Assembly (NCBI RefSeq): GCF_000039765.1 | Contig: NC_004459.3 | Span: forward strand, 2,301,127 to 2,333,126 | Reading direction: 5' to 3' | Source: Vibrio vulnificus CMCP6 | Lineage (GTDB): Bacteria; Pseudomonadota; Gammaproteobacteria; Enterobacterales; Vibrionaceae | Length of the DNA: 32,000 nucleotides | Shown here: one piece after another, positions 26,124 to 32,000 of the stretch | How the letters are laid out: every line of letters begins with the position of its first letter | How positions within the stretch are numbered: the first letter of the stretch is position 1 | Made by a program: the position numbers and the translations under genes | The notes under the pieces: model-generated | The model's input: the letters and a program-made list of their open reading frames with translations, nothing else | Told to the model about the DNA's origin: nothing | Database searches by the model: none

Positions 26124-26699
26124 ATGCAAAGAGTACTTCTTTTAATATTCAGTCTGTTATGGCTTGGGCAAGGGATGGCGGAAACGTTAGACGCCCCCTC
26201 GTCTCCTCAAGTGACTCAGAAAGAATCGCGCGACGCATCGTTGGATGATTACCACTTAGGCACTGGCGATAAAATCGAGATCATCGTTTATGGTGAAGAC
26301 GATTTATCGATGAAACTGAAAATTGGTAAAGCTGGCCTAGTGAACTTCCCTTACATTGGTGAAGTGAAGCTAACTGGTAGAACGCCGAGCGAGATTGAAA
26401 CTGAGATCGAAAACCGTCTACGCGGAGATTACCTTCTTAACCCAATGGTAACGGTCAATCTTGAGTCATTTCGCTTGTTCTATATCTCTGGCGAGGTTGA
26501 GCAGCCAAATGGCTATGAATACCAGCCTCGTTTAACCGTTGAACAGGCCATCGCCATGGCGGGTGGCTTTACCGATCGCGCCGACAAAGGCGATATCAAT
26601 ATCCGTTCAGGCTCGACTTTGGAGCTGATTGAAGATGTTGAACTCACGCACCCTGTGAACCCGGGTGACACTGTAATTGTAGAACAGAGCTTTTTCTAA
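26124..26699 (+). CDS. Short Wza-like polysaccharide export protein (Poly_export plus SLBB), no lipobox
   Basis: YHLGTGDKIEIIVYGEDDLSMKLKIGKAGLVNFPYIGEVKLTGRTPSEIE and FYISGEVEQPNGYEYQPRLTVEQAIAMAGGF. Confidence 0.9.
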   Translation: MQRVLLLIFSLLWLGQGMAETLDAPSSPQVTQKESRDASLDDYHLGTGDKIEIIVYGEDDLSMKLKIGKAGLVNFPYIGEVKLTGRTPSEIETEIENRLRGDYLLNPMVTVNLESFRLFYISGEVEQPNGYEYQPRLTVEQAIAMAGGFTDRADKGDINIRSGSTLELIEDVELTHPVNPGDTVIVEQSFF

Positions 26700-26700
26700 T

Positions 26701-28872
26701 ATGGCAGCAGGAATGGTCGCGCGCGGCAAGAAAGTTGAAAACAGTATCGATTTTACGCCGTTTCTTAAAGCGTTGAAAAAGAATGGATTAAAAATAGTGC
26801 TTTTTACTGCGCTGGTTACCGGAGCCTGCGTGCCTTTGATCATGTCGATGGGGTCAAAGTACATCTCGACCGCGGCGGTGTTGCTTAAAGCACAAGCTGA
26901 CAACGCCACGCCGATTGAGCAGGTCGATGGCTACGATTCAACTCGTGCTCAGTATTACGAAACGCAACTGAACCTGATGCAGTCTCGCGTGGTGCTTGAG
27001 CGTGTGGTAAAGCAGCTTAAGCTGGACGAAAACAGTCAATACAATCGCGACAAGATAATCTCAGAGTCGCCCTTGACCTGGCAGTTGCCAGAGCAACAGC
27101 GTATGGACAACGCGATCAAAACATTGCGTAAAGGGCTCACATTCACGCCGGTGCGTTTGACGCAATTGGTTTATGTCTCTTACGAATCGTCAGACGCCGC
27201 AGAAGCAGCGCGCATTGCCAACGCTGTTGCGCAGGGTTTCATTGACTACAGCGTTGAGCAAAAAATGGCAAAAACGCAAACTGCTCAACAGTGGAATGAA
27301 AGCCAAATGGCGGAGCTGCGTGAACAAGTCGCAGCCAAAAAGAAAGAGATGGAGCACTTCCTCGACAAAGAGGGCTTGTTAACTTTTCGTGGCATTGATG
27401 GCTTTGAAACGGAAGAGTTGGGCATCACCACCAACAAACTGGCTGATGCGAAAGAGCGTCGTTTGGCGGCTCAAGCTCAGTATGAAATTGTGCTCAACAA
27501 TATCGATGCGCCGTTGGAAGACATTGCCGCGATTCCTGAGATCTCAAGTCACCCACAGTTGCAAGATCTGCGAATTGCCCTGATTCAAGCCAAGCGTAAG
27601 CTCTTCGACTTGCAAAACAAATACGGTCCAAAGCATAACAAGGTGCTGGAAGCCAAGGCGCAAATTCAAGCGATCGAAGGCCAAACTAAGAACCTGCTTA
27701 ATGAGCTAAAAGACGGCTTGTACAAGCAGTATCAAGCAGCGCTTACCAAAGAGAATCGCTACAAAGCTCTGCTCAACGAGCAGAAAAAGCAGTTCCGCAC
27801 CTTGGTGGCCAAACGTGACCAATACGAGAGCATGAAGCTGGATTTGCAAAAGACGGAAGATCTTTATAAGAGCCTGTTTTTACGCAGCAAAGAGCAATCG
27901 CTCACTGCGCAGTATCGCGAACCCGATGCACTGATTTATGACCCTGCGGTTGCGGCGGAGCGTCCACAAAAGCCAAACAAAAAACTGTTGTTGGTGATGG
28001 TGTTTGTACTCTCACTGATGATCGCCTTGTTGTTTGTGATTGTGCGTACCGCCATGAACCAAACGGTCAGCACATTGGCTCAGTTGCCTAGCAAACTTGG
28101 CCTTGCACCATTAGCGGACTTACCCGAGTTTGCTGAGGGCGTTGAACGCGCGGCTTTGGTTAAACTGATTGCCAGCAATCAGCAAGCGATGGAAACCATT
28201 CACGGCATCAACAGCGCGGTGTTACTGAAAGCACCGACCGCTCGAACCTTGGGCGTGGTTGCCAGTTGTGAGGGCGAAGGGGCAAGCTTGGTAGCTCAGT
28301 TGATGGCACAAAGCCTTGCAGCAAACCATCGAACCTTGCTGGTGGACCTCGATTATCGCACCCAAACGGGGCTATCGTTGCCTTTTGAGTCTCAATCAGA
28401 GCAGGAATCCGTTGTGGCAACAGGTTTTGCGCAATGGTTGGGCGCCGAACAACAAGCAACAACGCTGACTTTGTCTGATTATGTACAGCCAATGGAGCAG
28501 GGCGGCGATTGGTTACCACGAGGAGCGCTAACGCAATCGCCGTTGCTATTGCTGGGTCAAGAAGGAGCCAAGCACGCTTTTGAGCAGCTCGCACTCCATT
28601 ACGACCGTGTGGTGGTGAACTTACCCAGCCTGCATGAAAACAAAGATGCACAGTTGATCGCTAAATGGCTAGACCAAGTGTTGGTGGTGATTCAAGCCGA
28701 TACGCGTCAGGCGACGGCCATTCGTCATGATCTTGCCAAGCTTGAGCAAGAGGGAGTTTGTTTGTTAGGTGGGGTGCTTAATCGCGTGAATGCCGATGAA
28801 CTGATCAGCGAAGAGTCGCTCGCCTTTGTTATGCATGGGGCATTGTCGGCACTCGATAACCTAGGTCGATAG
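26701..28872 (+). CDS. Wzc/GumC-like chain-length/co-polymerase protein with a degenerate BY-kinase domain
   Basis: Wzz N-terminal domain, coiled coil, GNVR-like LYKSLFLRSKEQSLTAQYREPDALIYDPAVAAERPQKPNKKLL. The kinase domain carries GEGASL and VVVNLPS. Confidence 0.9.
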   Translation: MAAGMVARGKKVENSIDFTPFLKALKKNGLKIVLFTALVTGACVPLIMSMGSKYISTAAVLLKAQADNATPIEQVDGYDSTRAQYYETQLNLMQSRVVLERVVKQLKLDENSQYNRDKIISESPLTWQLPEQQRMDNAIKTLRKGLTFTPVRLTQLVYVSYESSDAAEAARIANAVAQGFIDYSVEQKMAKTQTAQQWNESQMAELREQVAAKKKEMEHFLDKEGLLTFRGIDGFETEELGITTNKLADAKERRLAAQAQYEIVLNNIDAPLEDIAAIPEISSHPQLQDLRIALIQAKRKLFDLQNKYGPKHNKVLEAKAQIQAIEGQTKNLLNELKDGLYKQYQAALTKENRYKALLNEQKKQFRTLVAKRDQYESMKLDLQKTEDLYKSLFLRSKEQSLTAQYREPDALIYDPAVAAERPQKPNKKLLLVMVFVLSLMIALLFVIVRTAMNQTVSTLAQLPSKLGLAPLADLPEFAEGVERAALVKLIASNQQAMETIHGINSAVLLKAPTARTLGVVASCEGEGASLVAQLMAQSLAANHRTLLVDLDYRTQTGLSLPFESQSEQESVVATGFAQWLGAEQQATTLTLSDYVQPMEQGGDWLPRGALTQSPLLLLGQEGAKHAFEQLALHYDRVVVNLPSLHENKDAQLIAKWLDQVLVVIQADTRQATAIRHDLAKLEQEGVCLLGGVLNRVNADELISEESLAFVMHGALSALDNLGR

Positions 28873-28873
28873 C

Positions 28874-30109
28874 ATGAGTTTATTGAAAAGCATCACCACG
28901 GTCGCAGGCTCATCCATTATTTCGCAAGTCATTGGTGCGTTTTCCATTTGGTTGATTTCGCACCGCTACGGCATGGCGGAAGTAGGGCAATACGCACTGA
29001 CCTATAGTATTGTGCTAATTGGCGCGCAGATTGCGACCTTTGCTTCGCAATTGCTGCTGCCAAAGCAGTCATCCGAGCAATTAGGGCAAAATGTGGTGTT
29101 TTGCTTTGTGCAAACCAGCGTGTTGGCATTGCCCTATACGGTGGTTGTGGTCGCGCTTTTCGAGCAATCTTTGCTTTGGGTCTATGGTTTAACCTTGGCC
29201 CATGCGTGGATTTTGATTTCTGAAAACCTGCTGATGCGAGATGAGAAGATCACGCTGCTCGCGACACAAAGACTGATGGTTTCGGTATTGGTCGCCTTGT
29301 GTGTTTACTTTTCTCGTGAGCCAGCAGAGATCTACTGGGCGTGGACAGCGGCGTTATTGGTGCTGATCGCGCTGTGGCTTCTCTATTCCATTCCATTTAA
29401 ACGCATCCAACTTCGCCATTTCTCTTGGGCGTCTAATTGGCGCTTTTTACGTGAGCATCGTCAGCATATTGCTGGCATTGGCAGCGCGGAAGTCATGGCG
29501 ATGGTCAACGGTAATCTGCCCATCGTATTGATTACTTATTGGTTTTCGCCGTTGATCGCGGGCTACTTTGCGGTCGTGAGCCGCTTCTGTTTGTCTCCGG
29601 TGGTGATTGTTGGCAACGCTGTGCGCAACTCGATTTTTTCAAAGTGGTCGGTGGATTTTCGCCACCAACGCTTTAATTACCCAGAGTTCCTCAAGGTAAG
29701 ACAGTTGTTGCTTATGATGGGGATGGCGGCAACCGCTGGGGTTTACCTGTTTTATCCGTTGGTGATGCAGTTTGCCACCGCGCAGCAATGGGTCAGCCAA
29801 GAGTGGTTGGACTCCGTTCCTACCTCACAATACATGTTGCCGTATCTGTTCACTGCTCTGGCGATTTGTCCGCTGACCGTGGTGGAGCTGGTGTTTGGCT
29901 CTCCGAGGTATTTTTTCCGAATTCAGTGTGAGCAGTTTGCCGTGGTGATGGTGGCGTTCGTCATCATGCCGTATTGGTCGGCCAGCTATGAAGCGTCGAT
30001 TATCGCGTTTGCCGCTTTATCAGCCTTGCGTTACGGCTTTATTTATCTCACGGTGAACAAACGAGCGCGCAGTATGAGCGATAGCGAGGTGCTGCGTGAC
30101 ACTCAATAA
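28874..30109 (+). CDS. Oligosaccharide flippase (Wzx/MATE-like) family protein
   Basis: N-terminal GSSIISQVIGAFSIWLISHRYGMAEVGQYALTYSIVLIGAQIATF and a polytopic membrane profile. Confidence 0.85.
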   Translation: MSLLKSITTVAGSSIISQVIGAFSIWLISHRYGMAEVGQYALTYSIVLIGAQIATFASQLLLPKQSSEQLGQNVVFCFVQTSVLALPYTVVVVALFEQSLLWVYGLTLAHAWILISENLLMRDEKITLLATQRLMVSVLVALCVYFSREPAEIYWAWTAALLVLIALWLLYSIPFKRIQLRHFSWASNWRFLREHRQHIAGIGSAEVMAMVNGNLPIVLITYWFSPLIAGYFAVVSRFCLSPVVIVGNAVRNSIFSKWSVDFRHQRFNYPEFLKVRQLLLMMGMAATAGVYLFYPLVMQFATAQQWVSQEWLDSVPTSQYMLPYLFTALAICPLTVVELVFGSPRYFFRIQCEQFAVVMVAFVIMPYWSASYEASIIAFAALSALRYGFIYLTVNKRARSMSDSEVLRDTQ

Positions 30110-31496
30110 TGGCTTTTACTTACAAGGACTCGCTTGGATAACCCTAGTGGTGTGCGGTTTGGTACAGTATTTCACGGGCATCGGTTCGGTGCTGTGGCTA
30201 CCATTTATTTTGGCCTGTGTGATGGTCATTTTATTGATGATGCAAACACGTTTCAGCCAGTTTTCGCTTGATACACAAGAGCAGCTTATCTTGTTTGGCC
30301 TTGTGGCCCTGTTTATCTTGGCCCTGTTATCGACCGTGTTACAAAACGGCGTGACCGTCACCATTGTGGGCTTTAAAAACGAGTTGGCGATGGCGCTGAT
30401 AACACTGTGCTTATTGCTTGGCTTTTGCCGCGAATCCCAAATCTATCGTGTGACTCAAACGCTGTACTGGATTTTCTATCTGCAATTTCCGGTGATTGCT
30501 TATCAAGTTTTGGTCATGGTGCCAAAACGCGTTGCCGCGATGGGGGAGTACGAAAAGTGGGACTCTGTGGTGGGCACGTTTGGCGGTGATCCACTAGGAG
30601 GCGGGAACACCGCCGCTCTGGGGCTGTTTTGCCTACTTATCATGTTGCTCAAATTGTCTGAATACAAACATGGTGTGGCGACAAAGCGCAGCACGCTGCT
30701 GCACATCATTGCCGCGTTTGCGGTTTGCGTATTGGGCGAAATTAAGTTTGTCATTCTTATTTCGCCTCTGCTTTTGGCTTTTACGTGGTTTGCTCCCAGC
30801 TATTTGAAAGGCATGCGCCGATACGGACTAAAAATGGTGTTGATCATCCTCTTCGGGATGTTGGCTCTGATCACCATCGCGGTATTGGTGTTGGCAGGCT
30901 CTTATGCGTCGGCATTTGGTGGTGACCCAAGCAAAGGAGCGTTGATGGTGTTCATCGACTCTCTCTCCTACGCGTTTGATCCTCATTACATCATGCCTTC
31001 TGGTGAGTTGGGGCGAATGACCACCTTGTTCTTTTGGCAAGAAAATAGCGATTTGTATGGTTGGCCAAGCCAATGGTTTGGCTATGGCCTTAATGCCACC
31101 AACCACGGCAGCTCAGTTGCGCCGGGTTTTCTGAATCAGGTGTTCAATGTTCTGCTGGATTCCACCTCGCTAAGCATGATGCTTTGGGAGCTCGGGCTAG
31201 CTGGTTTACTGCTGTTTGTTGCGGTCGTGGGCACCATCGTGTGGGTTGCCTTGCCAACACCGCAACTCGATATCGAGTCAATCAACGATGAAGACCGACG
31301 ATTACTGGCATCACAACCGGCGTTTATCGCCTTCATTATCGCCGTGCTGCTCAGCCTGCCGTATAGCCAAATCTTAATGTTAGTTCCTATGTTGCAGTTT
31401 CTATTTTACTTCGCGTTAGGCGCGGTGGTGGTGATTCGCCAATCGGTAAGGCAGCAAGTAACCCATTGTGATTTTGCGATGCGTGATGAAGCGTAA
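30096..31496 (+). CDS. O-antigen polymerase/ligase-like membrane protein (Wzy family)
   Basis: Polytopic, with a large loop containing FGYGLNATNHGSSVAPGFLNQVFNVLLDSTSLSMMLWELGLAGLLL. GTG start overlaps the upstream gene by 14 bp. Confidence 0.75.
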   Translation: MTLNNGFYLQGLAWITLVVCGLVQYFTGIGSVLWLPFILACVMVILLMMQTRFSQFSLDTQEQLILFGLVALFILALLSTVLQNGVTVTIVGFKNELAMALITLCLLLGFCRESQIYRVTQTLYWIFYLQFPVIAYQVLVMVPKRVAAMGEYEKWDSVVGTFGGDPLGGGNTAALGLFCLLIMLLKLSEYKHGVATKRSTLLHIIAAFAVCVLGEIKFVILISPLLLAFTWFAPSYLKGMRRYGLKMVLIILFGMLALITIAVLVLAGSYASAFGGDPSKGALMVFIDSLSYAFDPHYIMPSGELGRMTTLFFWQENSDLYGWPSQWFGYGLNATNHGSSVAPGFLNQVFNVLLDSTSLSMMLWELGLAGLLLFVAVVGTIVWVALPTPQLDIESINDEDRRLLASQPAFIAFIIAVLLSLPYSQILMLVPMLQFLFYFALGAVVVIRQSVRQQVTHCDFAMRDEA

Positions 31497-31540
31497 TACG
31501 CAGCTAGATAACACAGAATGATCAATAAAAAGAGTGAGAT

Positions 31541-32000
31541 ATGACCATTAAGCCATTAATCAGTGTCATCATTAAAACCTACAATGAACAGCAAGGCATC
31601 GCGAATACGATCGACAGTATTCGCCAAAACCTTGCTGCTTTTCCTCACGAGATTCTGGTGGCGGACAGCCTTTCTACCGATGAAACACCCTCTATCGCGC
31701 TAGCCAAGGGGGCAACCGTAGTCAGCCTAGTGAATGAAAGTGAGCGTTGTTGTGGAGTGGGCCATCAATTGGGTTATCTCCATGCCAAAGGTGAATTTCT
31801 ACTCTTGATGGATGGCGATATGGAACTGGCTCCTGGCTTTATTGAAGCGGGTGTCGACTTTTTGCGTTCTCATCCTACTTATGCCGGTGTGGCTGGCATG
31901 GTTGAGATGGATGATGCCGTTAGCTACGAATTCAAATCACGCAAACAGCGCCTACACAAAATCTACCCTCTGGGGGATTGCACGCATCTCGGCGGAGGTG
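31541..32000 (+). CDS. Glycosyltransferase family 2 (3' end beyond the window)
   Basis: MTIKPLISVIIKTYNEQQGIANTIDSIRQNLAAFPHEILVADSLSTDETPSIA ... FLLLMDGDMELAPGF. SD GAGTGAG upstream. Confidence 0.88.
   Translation, partial: MTIKPLISVIIKTYNEQQGIANTIDSIRQNLAAFPHEILVADSLSTDETPSIALAKGATVVSLVNESERCCGVGHQLGYLHAKGEFLLLMDGDMELAPGFIEAGVDFLRSHPTYAGVAGMVEMDDAVSYEFKSRKQRLHKIYPLGDCTHLGGG

Noticed and set aside
28208-28651. 147-aa minus-strand ORF inside the Wzc-like gene
   Set aside because: Lies opposite a continuous conserved coding region; composition looks like a shadow frame.
1-32000. CRISPR arrays, tRNA genes, transposases, integrases, toxin-antitoxin pairs or known anti-phage systems
   Set aside because: No regularly spaced repeats, no tRNA-like cloverleaf, and no matching protein motifs among the supplied ORFs. 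tRNAscan-SE, PADLOC or DefenseFinder could confirm this.

Overview
The window looks like a Vibrio-type chromosomal segment of mostly ordinary core/accessory genes. No CRISPR array, tRNA/rRNA, phage, transposase or recognisable defence system is visible. Left part: a sensory PAS-GGDEF-EAL protein cut by the window edge; a glycyl-radical enzyme and activase pair (yjjI-yjjW) with a convergent LysR regulator; a DUF4382-type lipoprotein; a 2OG-Fe(II) oxygenase; an HD-GYP protein; an ERIC-like repeat; a patatin-like protein; and a periplasmic solute-binding protein. Middle: a lipid kinase, a TyrP-like transporter, a VOC protein, a second HD-GYP protein, Dps, two small hypotheticals, a heterodimeric MdlAB-like ABC exporter and an AGCS sodium:amino-acid symporter. 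Right end, from 23.4 kb to the edge: the start of an exopolysaccharide locus resembling Vibrio cps/brp (priming transferase, outer-membrane barrel, short Wza-like protein, Wzc-like protein, flippase, polymerase/ligase, partial GT2). The observations most worth checking are: (1) the Wzc-like protein has lost the Walker A lysine and Walker B aspartate and lacks a C-terminal Tyr cluster; (2) two unannotated ~30-aa hydrophobic ORFs lie in the cps upstream region; (3) the 20.7-21.25 kb spacer carries palindromes, tandem terminator hairpins and either a strong-SD micro-ORF or an antisense CUCCUCC sRNA candidate; (4) the yjjI/yjjW system has an unknown substrate; (5) an EAL protein with a degenerate GGDEF and two HD-GYP proteins sit in the same window as the exopolysaccharide locus. 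I found no convincing wholly novel system.
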